A stretch of 64,000 nt of DNA from the NCBI GenBank assembly GCA_051002235.1, contig JBPCMN010000069.1, forward strand, positions 670-64,669, read 5' to 3'. Shown here piece after piece: positions 11,156 to 21,229 of this stretch. The notes under the pieces were generated by a model that did not search any database, had not been told where the DNA came from, and saw only the letters and a program-made list of their open reading frames with translations. A program made the translations under genes and the position numbers. The number at the start of each line of letters is the position of its first letter. Positions within the stretch are counted from its first letter, which is position 1. This DNA is from Acidimicrobiia bacterium. Its GTDB lineage: Bacteria; Actinomycetota; Acidimicrobiia; IMCC26256; JACDBD01.

Positions 11156-12346
11156 CTAGCCGCCGATGGCGTGGGTGGCCATGCGCTCGTACAGGCCGAT
11201 GACCTTGCCGGCGTAGCCGGGGTCGGTGGCCCACTTCCCCTTGCCCATCATCTCCCAGATGGGGGCCCAGCCCTTGGCGTAGAAGGTGTCGAAGTTCCGC
11301 GCCGCGGTCGCGGGGTCGGAGCCGTACCAGTACGGCGACGGGGGATTGGTCAGCGCCGCCGCGGTGGACTGCTCGTCGGCGTAGTTGCGCAGGTGCTGGA
11401 TCTGGGCCCGCACGCCGTCGCGCGCGGTCGGGAACTGCCGCCCGGTCGAGCACGAGTCGCACGCTCCCAGCCCGGCGAAGTTGTCGTCGTCCGCGCTTAC
11501 CTGGCCGTGGCCGGGGAAGGCGAAGCCACCGGTCTCGAGGTACGCCTGCGCGAACGCGACGTCACCCCGCACGCTCTCGGCGGCACCTTCCTCGATGAAG
11601 AGCGTGGCGAGTCCGTCGATGGTCAGGCCGTTGGCTAGGTGGGGCTTGGCGCTCGTCGTGCGGTACCAACCGGCGAGGTCGGCGGCGGTGAGCACCGACT
11701 GACCGAGGACCGGCGTCCCGCTGGCGAGGACCGCGCCGAGGGCTTCGGCCTTCTCGAGCGCGGCGTCGGCGGCGGCCACCGTGGCCTCGAACTCGGCCTT
11801 CTCGCCGTCGAGGCGGACGATGAGGGCATCGAGCTCGACCCGCTTCTGCTCGAGCTGGGTGCGTTGAGTGTCGAGCTCGGTGTGCTTGGCCTCCAACTGG
11901 CCGGTCGTCTGGGCCAGCTCCTCGGCGTTGGCGAGGTCGGCCTCGATCGCCGACTCGCCGAGCTTGCGCCGCCGGCCCGCGGTCCTGCTGTCCTCGAGCG
12001 CCCCGAGGACGTCGGACGGGTCGCCGCTCCGGTACAGCTCGGCCGCGCGCTCGTTCACGAGCTCCTTGAGCGCCGCCCGCCGCGCCTTCAGCAGCGTGAT
12101 GCCATCCTTGACCGTCACGATCTCCTGCTCGAGCCGGGCGACCTCCTGCTGGGTGGCGTCCCGCTCCGACAGCGTGCCCTCGTAGCGATCGGCCGCCGCG
12201 GCCGCGGCGCTCTGAGCCTCTTCGAGGCGGGCCCGGGCATCCGCGACCGGATCACCGGCGGCGACGGGTGGACCCGTGAGCGCGAAGGATCCCAACCCGG
12301 TGACGACGGTTGCGATCGCCGCGAACCAGCCCTGGCGGCGAGGCAT
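11156..12346 (-). CDS. secreted coiled-coil protein with a C-terminal glucosaminidase-like peptidoglycan hydrolase domain
   Basis: Signal/TM segment (FAAIATVVTGLGSFALTG) and a long heptad-like Ala/Glu/Leu region. The C-terminus contains AQAYLETGGFAF...DDNFAGLGA...KWATDPGYAGKV, which resembles the mannosyl-glycoprotein endo-beta-N-acetylglucosaminidase family. Confidence 0.65.
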   Translation of the reverse strand: MPRRQGWFAAIATVVTGLGSFALTGPPVAAGDPVADARARLEEAQSAAAAAADRYEGTLSERDATQQEVARLEQEIVTVKDGITLLKARRAALKELVNERAAELYRSGDPSDVLGALEDSRTAGRRRKLGESAIEADLANAEELAQTTGQLEAKHTELDTQRTQLEQKRVELDALIVRLDGEKAEFEATVAAADAALEKAEALGAVLASGTPVLGQSVLTAADLAGWYRTTSAKPHLANGLTIDGLATLFIEEGAAESVRGDVAFAQAYLETGGFAFPGHGQVSADDDNFAGLGACDSCSTGRQFPTARDGVRAQIQHLRNYADEQSTAAALTNPPSPYWYGSDPATAARNFDTFYAKGWAPIWEMMGKGKWATDPGYAGKVIGLYERMATHAIGG

Positions 12347-12393
12347 GGCGCACCAGTCTAGGTGGGGGCCGAGACTCGTGTTGCTGGTGAGGG

Positions 12394-13281
12394 CTATGTG
12401 GTCAGGATGTCGCCGACGCCCATGCCGAGCAGGACCAGGCCGAGTACCGCCACGGCCCCGAGCAGCAGCTGTCCGCCCCGCTGGACGCCAATCGATTGCC
12501 AGCGCGAGGCGAGCCCACGGAGCCGGGGCAGGTACATCGCGACGACGGCGCCCAGCGCGACGGTGAGGGCGAAGGGGGGCGCGAGCACAAAGAGAAGAAG
12601 CGGAGCGTGAGCCGCGATCGGGCCGGGTCGCGCCGCCAGCGTGGGGTAGGAGCGGTCAAGACGTTCGATGAGGGCGGCCAAGACGATCCCGTACAGCGGC
12701 GGCAGGATCACGAACAAGAGCACGGCCAGCCAGCGGGGGCTCAGTATCTCGAAGTCGACGTTGTCGGGGTCGAGAGCGGCCGCCCGTCCGAGGACGGCCA
12801 GTCCCAACACGCCCAGGACGAGGCCGGCGCACCAGGCCGGTCCGCGTAGCCACCGCCGGATAGCGATGTACAGGAGACCTCCCGTCAAACCGCCGAACAG
12901 TCCGACGAAGATCACGAGCCCGATCGTTCCGCCGAGCGTGATCTCGCCGACGGTCTCCTCGGCTTCGGTGAGCGCACCCTGGACCCGATCGTCCGACGTG
13001 GCGGCCGTGATCCTCATGGCCAACCGTCCGCCGAACCCGAGCACCAGTGGCCCGGCGATCGCGCCACCGACGAACGCCAGCGCCGCGGCTCGGAGATAGC
13101 GGAGGAGCGCTTCACGCTTCGATGGTGCCGGGTCGGCCGACAGGAACGGTTGTGGATCCACTGGAAGCCGGCCCCAGCGGAGCGCGAACAGCGCGGCGAG
13201 GCCGAGTGCGGCAACGCACACGACCGTGAGGATCACGAGACCCACGAGTCTCCCTTCGCCCTGCGTCGGTTCGGGACACAC
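12394..13281 (-). CDS. integral membrane protein, unknown function
   Basis: 295 aa with about 8 hydrophobic segments rich in Gly/Leu/Ala/Val. No motif recognised. Confidence 0.6.
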   Translation of the reverse strand: MCPEPTQGEGRLVGLVILTVVCVAALGLAALFALRWGRLPVDPQPFLSADPAPSKREALLRYLRAAALAFVGGAIAGPLVLGFGGRLAMRITAATSDDRVQGALTEAEETVGEITLGGTIGLVIFVGLFGGLTGGLLYIAIRRWLRGPAWCAGLVLGVLGLAVLGRAAALDPDNVDFEILSPRWLAVLLFVILPPLYGIVLAALIERLDRSYPTLAARPGPIAAHAPLLLFVLAPPFALTVALGAVVAMYLPRLRGLASRWQSIGVQRGGQLLLGAVAVLGLVLLGMGVGDILTT

Positions 13282-13289
13282 TACGGCTG

Positions 13290-14024
13290 GTGACGACCGA
13301 TCCGCTCGATCCCTGGGAGCGCCACGCCGGCTGGTGGCAACGAGAGTTCACCGACGGCGCCGACCCCGAGTACGAGGAGCAGATCCTCCCGCTCGTCGAT
13401 CGCCATCTCGTCGACGCCGGGCGCGTGCTCGACGTCGGCTGCGGCGAGGGTCAAGTAGCCCGGCGAGTGGCGACGCTGGGCGCGTCCGCCGTTATCGGGA
13501 TCGATCCGACGGACGCACAGCTGGTGGTTGCGCGTCAGCGCGCCGGTGGACCGCTCTACACGGGCGGTAGGTCCGAGGACCTTCCGTACCGGGACGGGTC
13601 GTTCGACAGCGTCGTCGTCTGCCTCGTGCTCGAGCACGTCGACCCGTTCGAACCCGCCATCGCCGAGATCGCGCGGGTCCTCGCGCCGAACGGGCGGCTG
13701 GTGCTGTTCCTCAATCACCCGCTGCTCCAGGCACCCGGCAGCGGCTTAGTCGACGACCATGTGCTGGAGGAGCAGTACTGGCGGATCGGCCCCTACCTGC
13801 CCGATGACCGGGCCATGGAGGAGGTCGCGCCCGGCGTCGACCTGCCGTTCCTGCACCGACCGCTCCACCGGTACGTCAACTGCATGGCCGAGCACGGCCT
13901 CCTGGTGGAGCACATGGACGAGCCCGCGCCCCCGACCGGCTTTCTGTCGCGCGCTCCCGAGTACGAGGAAGCGGCGCTGATCCCGCGCCTGCTGGTGCTG
14001 GTCACGCGCAACCAGGCGGCGTGA
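13290..14024 (+). CDS. class I SAM-dependent methyltransferase
   Basis: Motif I VLDVGCGEGQVARR and post-I/II regions (SFDSVVVCLVLEHV, LAPNGRLVL). Confidence 0.8.
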   Translation: MTTDPLDPWERHAGWWQREFTDGADPEYEEQILPLVDRHLVDAGRVLDVGCGEGQVARRVATLGASAVIGIDPTDAQLVVARQRAGGPLYTGGRSEDLPYRDGSFDSVVVCLVLEHVDPFEPAIAEIARVLAPNGRLVLFLNHPLLQAPGSGLVDDHVLEEQYWRIGPYLPDDRAMEEVAPGVDLPFLHRPLHRYVNCMAEHGLLVEHMDEPAPPTGFLSRAPEYEEAALIPRLLVLVTRNQAA

Positions 14025-14028
14025 CGGG

Positions 14029-15147
14029 CTAGTCACCGTCCTTGGGCGAGCCTCCGGGCAGATCGAGCATGCGCTGCAGCGCGACGCGCGCCCATTCGGT
14101 GGTGTGCTCGTCGACGGTGATCTGGTTGACGATCTCACCCCGGGCGAGGGCCTCCAGGCACCACGCCAGGTGGGGCCCGTCGATGCGGAACATGGTCGAG
14201 CACGGGCAGATCAGCGGGTCGAGGGAGACCACCGTCTTGTCGGCGTGCTCCCTGTCCATCCGCTGGACCATGTGGATCTCGGTGCCGATCCCGAGCACCG
14301 TGCCCGGGGGCGCGCCGTCGACCCATTCGAGGATCCGTTCGGTCGATCCGGCCTTGTCGGCCAGCTCGACGACCTCGTGGGAGCACTCGGGGTGCACGAT
14401 CACTTCACCGTCGGGGTACTCGGCCCGGAATGCGGCGATGTGCTCGACGGTGAACCGCTGGTGGACCGAACAGTGGCCCTTCCACAGCAGGAGCGTCGCC
14501 TCCTTGACGTCGCGCTCCTCGAGGCCGCCGAGGTCGAAGCGCGGGTTCCAGACCCGCATGTCGGCTTCGCCGAAGCCCATGTCGTGGCCGGTGTTGCGGC
14601 CGAGGTGCTGGTCGGGGAAGAACAGCACCTTGTCGCCACGGGCCAGTGCCCAGTCGAGGATCGCCCGGGCGTTCGACGACGTGCAGACGGCACCGCCGTG
14701 CTCGCCCACGAACGCCTTGAGGGCGGCCGACGAGTTCATGTAGGTGACCGGCACGATGCGCTCGACCGCGGTGACGGCGCCGAGCTCCTCCCACGCTTCC
14801 TCGACCTGGTCGATGTCGGCCATGTCGGCCATGGAGCAGCCGGCGTTGAGGTCGGGGAGCACGACCCGCTGGTGGGGGCCGGTCAGCACGTCGGCCGACT
14901 CGGCCATGAAATGCACGCCGCAGAACACGATGTCGGTGGCCTGGTGGTTGTCCGCGGCGAACCGGGCCAGCTTGAACGAGTCGCCGCGAGCGTCGGCCCA
15001 TTTGATGACCTCGTCGCGCTGGTAGTGGTGTCCGAGGATCAGGAGCTTGTCGCCCAATGCCGCCTTGGCGGCGGCGATCCACTCGTCGAGCTCCTCGGGC
15101 GTCGCGAGGGTGTAACGGTCCGGAAGCGGAGCCTGAAGTCGCAACAT
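14029..15147 (-). CDS. nadA: quinolinate synthase
   Basis: NadA-typical sequence: LLILGHHYQRDEVIKWAD, VFCGVHFMAESADVL, LNAGCSMADMA, conserved Cys positions (CTSSNA, PECSHEV, CPCSTM). ATG at 15147 (MLRLQAPLP) preferred over the ORF-track start at 15267. Confidence 0.9.
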   Translation of the reverse strand: MLRLQAPLPDRYTLATPEELDEWIAAAKAALGDKLLILGHHYQRDEVIKWADARGDSFKLARFAADNHQATDIVFCGVHFMAESADVLTGPHQRVVLPDLNAGCSMADMADIDQVEEAWEELGAVTAVERIVPVTYMNSSAALKAFVGEHGGAVCTSSNARAILDWALARGDKVLFFPDQHLGRNTGHDMGFGEADMRVWNPRFDLGGLEERDVKEATLLLWKGHCSVHQRFTVEHIAAFRAEYPDGEVIVHPECSHEVVELADKAGSTERILEWVDGAPPGTVLGIGTEIHMVQRMDREHADKTVVSLDPLICPCSTMFRIDGPHLAWCLEALARGEIVNQITVDEHTTEWARVALQRMLDLPGGSPKDGD

Positions 15148-15291
15148 GAGAACGCCCCTAACGGGTGCGGGCTCCGGTCTTGGCCGGCGGGGACAGCCTG
15201 GTCGCCTCACCGCGGGGTTGTCGGCCCCGGAGCCGATATGTGGCCGGAAATCCAGGCCGGCCTTCATTCAGCATAACGCCGGAAGTGGCGT

Positions 15292-17205
15292 GTGAGCTTC
15301 CCGGTTCGCGGGACAATGGGGGTCGTGCTCGCCCGTCCCGAAACCGGCTCCATCCCCACCGGGCCCGGGGCCTACCTGTTCCGGGACGCCCACGGCCGGG
15401 TCCTGTACGTCGGGAAGGCGAAGAGCCTCCGCAGCCGGCTCTCCAACTACTTCGCCCCACCGGCGTCGCTGCCGGAGCGGACCCTCCAGATGGTGGCCGC
15501 CGCCGACGCGGTCGAGTGGATCGAGGTCCGCAACGAGGTCGAGGCGGTGTTCCTCGAATACAACCTCATCCAGCGGCACAAGCCCCGCTTCAACATCCGG
15601 CTCAAGGACGACAAGTCCTACCCGTTCCTCTCGGTGACGCTCGACGAGGAGTGGCCCCGGGCGATGGTGATGCGGGGATCGAAGCGCAAGGGTGTCCGCT
15701 ACTTCGGGCCCTACGCCCACGCCTACGCGATTCGCGAGACGCTCGACCTGCTGCTGCGCACGTTCCCGATCCGGACCTGCACCAAGAACAAGTTCGAGCG
15801 GCACCAGCGGCTGGGCCGCCCGTGCCTCTACGCCCACATCGAGAAGTGCGCGGCGCCGTGCGTCGGGGCGATCGAGCGGGACGACTACGACCGCCTCGTC
15901 GCCGAGCTGCTCGAGTTCCTCGACGGCGATACCGCTCCGGTGCTCGACCGCCTCGACAAGCAGATGCACCAATCGGCCGACGCCCTCGAGTTCGAGCGCG
16001 CCGCCCGGCTGCGCGACCAGATCAACTCGGTGCGCAAGGTGATCGAGCGCCAGCAGATGGTGGCGCCCAAGGAGGAGGACCTCGACGTCGTCGGACTCGT
16101 CGAGGACCCGCTCGAAGCCCAGGTCGAGGTGTTCTTCGTCCGCCGGGGTCGTGTTGTCGGCCGGAGGGGGCTGGTGGTCGACAAGGTCGAGGACGTGCAG
16201 ACGTCGGCGCTCGTCGGCAGGGTGATCGAGCAGCTCTACGCGGCCGCGCCGGCCGAGGACGTGCCCCGCGAGGTGCTCGTCCCGGTGGCGCCCGACGACC
16301 TCGGGCTGTACGAGGAGTTCCTGACCGAGGCGCGCGGGTCGCGCGTGGGGGTACGCGTTCCGCAACGGGGCGCGAAGCGCGAGCTGCTCGGCACGGTGAC
16401 GCATAACGCCCAGGAGGCGTTCGCCCGCCACAAGCTCAAGCGGGCGTCCGACCACAACGCTCGCGCCCGGGCCCTGACCGCGCTGCAAAACGCCCTCGGG
16501 CTCCACGAGGCCCCGCTGCGCATCGAGTGCTTCGACATCTCCCACATTCAGGGCAGCGAGATCGTCGGGTCGATGGTCGTGATGGAGGACGGGCTGGCCA
16601 AGCGGTCCGACTACCGCCGGTTCAAGGTGCGGCGCCAGGAAGGACAGGACGACCTGGCGGCGATGGAAGAGGTGCTGACGCGGCGCTTCCGCAAGTACCT
16701 CGACGAGCGCGACGAGGGCGCCCGCAAGGGCCGGCGCTTCGCCTATCCGCCCAACCTGCTGCTGGTCGACGGGGGCAAGGGGCAACTCGGGGTCGCGACG
16801 CGCGTGCTCGAGGAGCTCGGGCTCGAGGAGATCGACGTGGCCTCCCTCGCCAAGCGCTTCGAGGAGGTGTACGTGCCCGGGCGGTCGGAGCCGGTGCAGG
16901 TGCCCCGCGACTCGGAGGCCCTCTACCTGCTCCAGCAGGTGCGCGACGAGGCCCACCGGTTTGCGATCACCTATCACCGCCAGCTCCGGGACAAGAAGAT
17001 GACCCGCTCGGTCCTGGACGACGTCCCCGGGTTGGGGCCCGGTCGGCGGGCGCGGCTGCTCAAGCAGTTCGGCTCGGTGAAGCGGCTCCGCGAGCTCGAG
17101 GAGTCGGAGTTGGTCGAGCTGCCCTGGCTTCCCGGCAAGGTGGGGCACGCGCTCTACGATCATCTCCACGGGAGAGCCGGAGGCGGGGGAAGAGCCGATG
17201 CCTGA
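15292..17205 (+). CDS. uvrC: excinuclease ABC subunit C
   Basis: GIY-YIG (GAYLFRDAHGRVLYVGKAKSLRSRLSNY), UVR domain (LEFERAARLRDQINSV), and endonuclease and HhH regions at the C-terminus. The start could also be ATG 15316. Confidence 0.95.
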   Translation: MSFPVRGTMGVVLARPETGSIPTGPGAYLFRDAHGRVLYVGKAKSLRSRLSNYFAPPASLPERTLQMVAAADAVEWIEVRNEVEAVFLEYNLIQRHKPRFNIRLKDDKSYPFLSVTLDEEWPRAMVMRGSKRKGVRYFGPYAHAYAIRETLDLLLRTFPIRTCTKNKFERHQRLGRPCLYAHIEKCAAPCVGAIERDDYDRLVAELLEFLDGDTAPVLDRLDKQMHQSADALEFERAARLRDQINSVRKVIERQQMVAPKEEDLDVVGLVEDPLEAQVEVFFVRRGRVVGRRGLVVDKVEDVQTSALVGRVIEQLYAAAPAEDVPREVLVPVAPDDLGLYEEFLTEARGSRVGVRVPQRGAKRELLGTVTHNAQEAFARHKLKRASDHNARARALTALQNALGLHEAPLRIECFDISHIQGSEIVGSMVVMEDGLAKRSDYRRFKVRRQEGQDDLAAMEEVLTRRFRKYLDERDEGARKGRRFAYPPNLLLVDGGKGQLGVATRVLEELGLEEIDVASLAKRFEEVYVPGRSEPVQVPRDSEALYLLQQVRDEAHRFAITYHRQLRDKKMTRSVLDDVPGLGPGRRARLLKQFGSVKRLRELEESELVELPWLPGKVGHALYDHLHGRAGGGGRADA

Positions 17206-18085
17206 CGACCCGGCTCCCCAGGCTGAGCTCGACGTCACCATCATCACCGGAATGTCCGGCGCGGGCCGGTCTGCCGCCGCCGACGTGCTCGAGGACCTCG
17301 GCTTCTTCGTCATCGACAACCTGCCGCCGGCGCTGATCGCCAAGGTCGCCGAGCTGGGGCGGGCGAAGGACGGCGGCGGTCGCTTCGCGCTCGTCGTCGA
17401 CACCCGGTCAGGGGACTTCATGATCGAGCTCGAGCTCGCCCTGGCCGAGCTGCGTGACAGCGGGGCGCGCACCCGTATCCTCTTCCTCGACGCGTCCGAC
17501 GACGTGCTCGTGCGCCGATTCGACGCCACCCGGCGCCGTCACCCGCTCGGGGAGACCGACCGGGTGTCGGACGGGATCATCCGGGAACGCGCGCTGCTCG
17601 AGGAGCTCAAGGGCCAGGCCGACCTCGTGCTCGACACCTCCGACCTCAACGTGCACGAGCTGCGCGACCGGCTCCACGAGCTGTTCGGCGAGCACGACAG
17701 CGGGCAGGGGACGCTCCAGGCCAGCATCGTGTCGTTCGGCTACAAGCACGGGCTCCCGCTCGACGTCGACGTGGTCTTCGACTGCCGCTTCCTCCCCAAC
17801 CCGCACTGGGTCGAGACGCTGCGACCGTTGCCCGGCACCGATCCCAAGGTCCGCCGCTACGTCATGAAGCAACCCGAGACCAAAGACTTCCTCGCCGAGC
17901 TCGAGCGGCTGTTCGCGCTGCTGCTGCCCGCGTACGTACGTGAGGGCAAGGCGTACCTGTCGATCGGCGTCGGCTGCACCGGCGGGCACCACCGCAGCGT
18001 GGTGATCGCCGAGGAGCTGGCCAAGGTGTTCAAGCGGCTGGGCTTCGAGTCGCGCGTGCACCACCGCGACGTGGAACGCGGCTGA
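17198..18085 (+). CDS. rapZ: RNase adapter / nucleotide-binding protein RapZ
   Basis: P-loop ITGMSGAGRSAAADVLEDLGFFVIDNLPP and C-terminal GVGCTGGHHRSV motif. Overlaps the uvrC stop by 8 nt. Confidence 0.9.
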   Translation: MPDDPAPQAELDVTIITGMSGAGRSAAADVLEDLGFFVIDNLPPALIAKVAELGRAKDGGGRFALVVDTRSGDFMIELELALAELRDSGARTRILFLDASDDVLVRRFDATRRRHPLGETDRVSDGIIRERALLEELKGQADLVLDTSDLNVHELRDRLHELFGEHDSGQGTLQASIVSFGYKHGLPLDVDVVFDCRFLPNPHWVETLRPLPGTDPKVRRYVMKQPETKDFLAELERLFALLLPAYVREGKAYLSIGVGCTGGHHRSVVIAEELAKVFKRLGFESRVHHRDVERG

Positions 18086-18975
18086 TGGACCCGCGCTCGG
18101 GACCGGCGGTCGTCGCGCTGGGCGGGGGGCACGGTCTCGCGGTCGCGCTGCGCGCCGCCCGCGAGTACGCCGGGTCGGTGACCGCCGTCGTCAGCGTCGC
18201 CGACGACGGCGGGTCGTCGGGTCGGCTGCGCCGCGACTTCGGCGTCCCCGCTCCCGGTGACCTGCGCAAGTGCCTGGTTGCGCTGGCCGGCGGCGACACC
18301 CGTTGGCGGGAGGCGTTCGAGTACCGCTTCGAGGTCGGCGATCTCGGTGGGCACGCGTTGGGCAACCTCGTCATCGTGGGACTCGCGGAGGCGTTCGGTG
18401 ACTTCGGGGCGGCGGTCGAGGAGGCGGGCCGGCTGCTGCACGCGGTGGGCTCGGTCGTGCCGGCCACGACCGACGGTGTCGTGCTGAAGGCCGACGTCGA
18501 AGGCGAGCCCGTCGAGGGCCAGGTCGCGGTGGAGAACAGCCCCGGCCGCATCCGTCGGGTCGGGCTCGTGCCCGACGACGCCGACGCCAGCCCCGCCGCG
18601 GTCGCGGCGATCGCGGCCGCCGACCAGGTCGTCCTCGCCCCCGGCTCGCTGTACACGAGCCTGTTGCCGGTGCTGTGCGTCCACCAGCTGTGCGACGCGG
18701 TGGCGGCGGCGACGGGGAGCGTCGTCCAGGTCTCGAACCTGCGCCCGCAGCCGCCCGAAACCGACGGGCTCGACGCCACCGACCACCTGCGGGCCGTGCG
18801 CGAGCACGGCGGCCGCGTCGACACGTTCCTCTACCAGGTGGATGGTGCACTCGCGGCCGACGACAACGCCATCCGCGAGTGGGGGATCGAGCCGGTCGCG
18901 GCCGACGTCGCTCGGGCCGACGGCCGGGTGCACGACCCATCGAGATTGGCGACGGCCCTGCGGGCTCTGCTGTAG
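18085..18975 (+). CDS. yvcK: YvcK/CofD-like (UPF0052) gluconeogenesis/cell-shape factor
   Basis: LGGGHGLAVALRA...VVSVADDGGSSGRLRRDFGVPAPGDLRKCL...GSLYTSLLPVL. TGATG overlap with rapZ. Confidence 0.85.
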   Translation: MDPRSGPAVVALGGGHGLAVALRAAREYAGSVTAVVSVADDGGSSGRLRRDFGVPAPGDLRKCLVALAGGDTRWREAFEYRFEVGDLGGHALGNLVIVGLAEAFGDFGAAVEEAGRLLHAVGSVVPATTDGVVLKADVEGEPVEGQVAVENSPGRIRRVGLVPDDADASPAAVAAIAAADQVVLAPGSLYTSLLPVLCVHQLCDAVAAATGSVVQVSNLRPQPPETDGLDATDHLRAVREHGGRVDTFLYQVDGALAADDNAIREWGIEPVAADVARADGRVHDPSRLATALRALL

Positions 18976-19005
18976 TCCGATGTCGTGCGACGAGGAGGCA
19001 ACCAG

Positions 19006-20037
19006 ATGACCGTACGAGTCGGGATCAACGGGTTCGGGCGGATCGGCCGGTCCTTCTACCGGGCCCAGCTCGACCGGGGGGCCGGCGCCGGCGTCGAGCT
19101 CGTCGCGGTCAACGACCCCTTCGGGGACAGCGCCACCATGGCCTTCCTGCTCAAGCACGACTCCGTGGGCGGCACCCTCCGCAACGAGGTCAAGGCGACC
19201 GATGACGGCTTCTCCGTAGACGGTCACGAGGTGAAGAAGCTCGACGTGAAGGAGCCGGCCGAGATCCCGTGGGAGGACCACGGAGTGGAGGTCGTGATCG
19301 AGTCCACCGGTCTGTTCACCGCTCGCGAGAAGGCGGCCGCCCACCTCGAGGGCGGCGCCAAGCGAGTGATCATCTCCGCCCCCAGCGGCGATGCCGACGC
19401 CACCATCTGCATGGGCGTCAACGACAGCGTGTACGACCCGGCCGCGCACACGGTCCTGTCGAACGCGTCGTGCACGACCAACTGCCTGGCGCCCCTAGCC
19501 AAGGTGCTCGACGACCGGTTCGGAATCGACCACGGGCTCATCACGACGGTGCACGCGTACACCAGCGACCAGCAGCTCCAGGACCTCGCCACCCCGTCGC
19601 GATCGGGGAAGCCCGACCTGCGGCGGATGCGTGCCGCTGCCCTCTCGATCGTGCCCAACACCACCGGCGCGGCCCGGGCGATCGGGCTCGTGCTGCCGCA
19701 ACTCAAGGGCCGCCTCGACGGCATGGCGCTGCGTGTGCCCACGCCGACCGGCTCGATCACCGACTTCGTCGCGAACCTGTCGAAGGACACCTCGGTCGAT
19801 GAGGTGAACGCCGCGTTCGCCGAGGCCGCCAACGACGCCGGCTACCGGGGTGTCCTCGAGTACACCGAGGAGCCGCTGGTATCAGCCGACATCATCGGCA
19901 ACCCGGCGTCGTGCGTCTTCTCCGCGATCGACACCATGGCCAACGGCGACACGGTCAAGGTGTTGGGCTGGTACGATAACGAGTGGGGCTACTCGAACCG
20001 GCTCATCGACCTGGTCGAGTTCGTCGGTACGAAGTAA
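19006..20037 (+). CDS. gap: type I glyceraldehyde-3-phosphate dehydrogenase
   Basis: GINGFGRIGR Rossmann motif and SNASCTTNCLAP active site. ATG 19006 is preceded by a GAGGAGG RBS. Confidence 0.95.
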   Translation: MTVRVGINGFGRIGRSFYRAQLDRGAGAGVELVAVNDPFGDSATMAFLLKHDSVGGTLRNEVKATDDGFSVDGHEVKKLDVKEPAEIPWEDHGVEVVIESTGLFTAREKAAAHLEGGAKRVIISAPSGDADATICMGVNDSVYDPAAHTVLSNASCTTNCLAPLAKVLDDRFGIDHGLITTVHAYTSDQQLQDLATPSRSGKPDLRRMRAAALSIVPNTTGAARAIGLVLPQLKGRLDGMALRVPTPTGSITDFVANLSKDTSVDEVNAAFAEAANDAGYRGVLEYTEEPLVSADIIGNPASCVFSAIDTMANGDTVKVLGWYDNEWGYSNRLIDLVEFVGTK

Positions 20038-20041
20038 CCGG

Positions 20042-21229
20042 GTGACGCAGCCGCTGCCGCGTCTGGAGGACCTTCCCCTCGCGCGCGGGACACGAGTGCT
20101 GATGCGGGCGGACTTCAACGTGCCCCTGCGGGACGGCACGGTCGAGGACGATCTCCGCATCGCGACGGTGCTGGACACCGTGCGGTGGCTGCGAGAGCAC
20201 CACGCCGCGGTGGTGGCCTGCGGCCACCTCGGCCGGCCGAAGGGGAAGCCAGATCCGCAGTTCTCGATGGCGCCGGTAGCGGAACGGCTCGGCGAGCTGC
20301 TCGGCACGCAGGTCCCGCTCGCGCCGGCGACGATCGTCGGGCCGAAGGTGCATCCGCTGGCCGCGACCCTGGCGCCTGGCGAGGTGCTCATGCTCGAGAA
20401 CCTGCGGTTCCACCCGGGCGAGACCGACAACGACCCCGCGTTCGCGGTGAACCTGTCGGAGCTCGGCGACGTGTACGTGAACGAGGCGTTCGGCGCGTCG
20501 CACCGAGCCCACGCGTCGATCGTCGGCCCGCCCCGGGTGCTGCCGAGCGCCGGCGGGCGCCTGCTCTTCCGCGAGGTCGAGGTCCTGTCACAGTTGCTCA
20601 CCGAGCCCGCCCACCCGTCCGTGGCGGTGCTGGGCGGAGCGAAGGTCAGCGACAAGCTCGGGGTGATCGACGCCCTGCTCGACCGGTGCGACACCATCCT
20701 GGTGGGGGGCGCGATGGCGTTCACGTTCCTCGTCGCCCGGGGCGGTGACGTCGGCGACTCGCTCGTCGAGCCGGACATGGTGGGGGAGTGCAAACGGCTC
20801 CTCGAGACCGATCGGGTCCGCATCCCCGTCGACGTCGTCATCGCCCAGGACGTGACCGACGACGCCGAGACCCGCATCGTGTCCGCCGGCGCGATCCCCG
20901 CCGGGTGGAAGGGCCTCGACATCGGGCCCGAGACCGCGGCGATCTTCGCCGACGAGATCGGCGCGGCCGCCACTGTGCTGTGGAACGGGCCCATGGGCGT
21001 CTTCGAGGTCGCGCCGTTCGCCGCCGGGACGCATACGGTTGCCGAGGCTGTAGCGGATGCGGGTGCCTTCACGGTGGTCGGTGGGGGCGACAGCGCCGCC
21101 GCCGTACGCCAGATGGGAGTGGCTGATCAGATCGGGCACGTGAGCACCGGTGGCGGTGCGACGCTCGAGTTCATCGAGCGCGGCGACCTCCCCGGTCTCG
21201 CCGCGCTCCGGGAGGGGAGGAAGCGCTGA
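20042..21229 (+). CDS. pgk: phosphoglycerate kinase
   Basis: VLMRADFNVPL, FGASHRAHAS, WNGPMGVFE, GGGDSAAA motifs. GTG start at 20042 just after the gap stop. Confidence 0.95.
   Translation: MTQPLPRLEDLPLARGTRVLMRADFNVPLRDGTVEDDLRIATVLDTVRWLREHHAAVVACGHLGRPKGKPDPQFSMAPVAERLGELLGTQVPLAPATIVGPKVHPLAATLAPGEVLMLENLRFHPGETDNDPAFAVNLSELGDVYVNEAFGASHRAHASIVGPPRVLPSAGGRLLFREVEVLSQLLTEPAHPSVAVLGGAKVSDKLGVIDALLDRCDTILVGGAMAFTFLVARGGDVGDSLVEPDMVGECKRLLETDRVRIPVDVVIAQDVTDDAETRIVSAGAIPAGWKGLDIGPETAAIFADEIGAAATVLWNGPMGVFEVAPFAAGTHTVAEAVADAGAFTVVGGGDSAAAVRQMGVADQIGHVSTGGGATLEFIERGDLPGLAALREGRKR

Noticed and set aside
15148-15291. The nadA-uvrC divergent intergenic region considered as a possible NAD-related riboswitch.
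   Set aside because: I could not identify a conserved riboswitch core by eye. The region is short and may hold only the two divergent promoters. A covariance-model scan would be needed.
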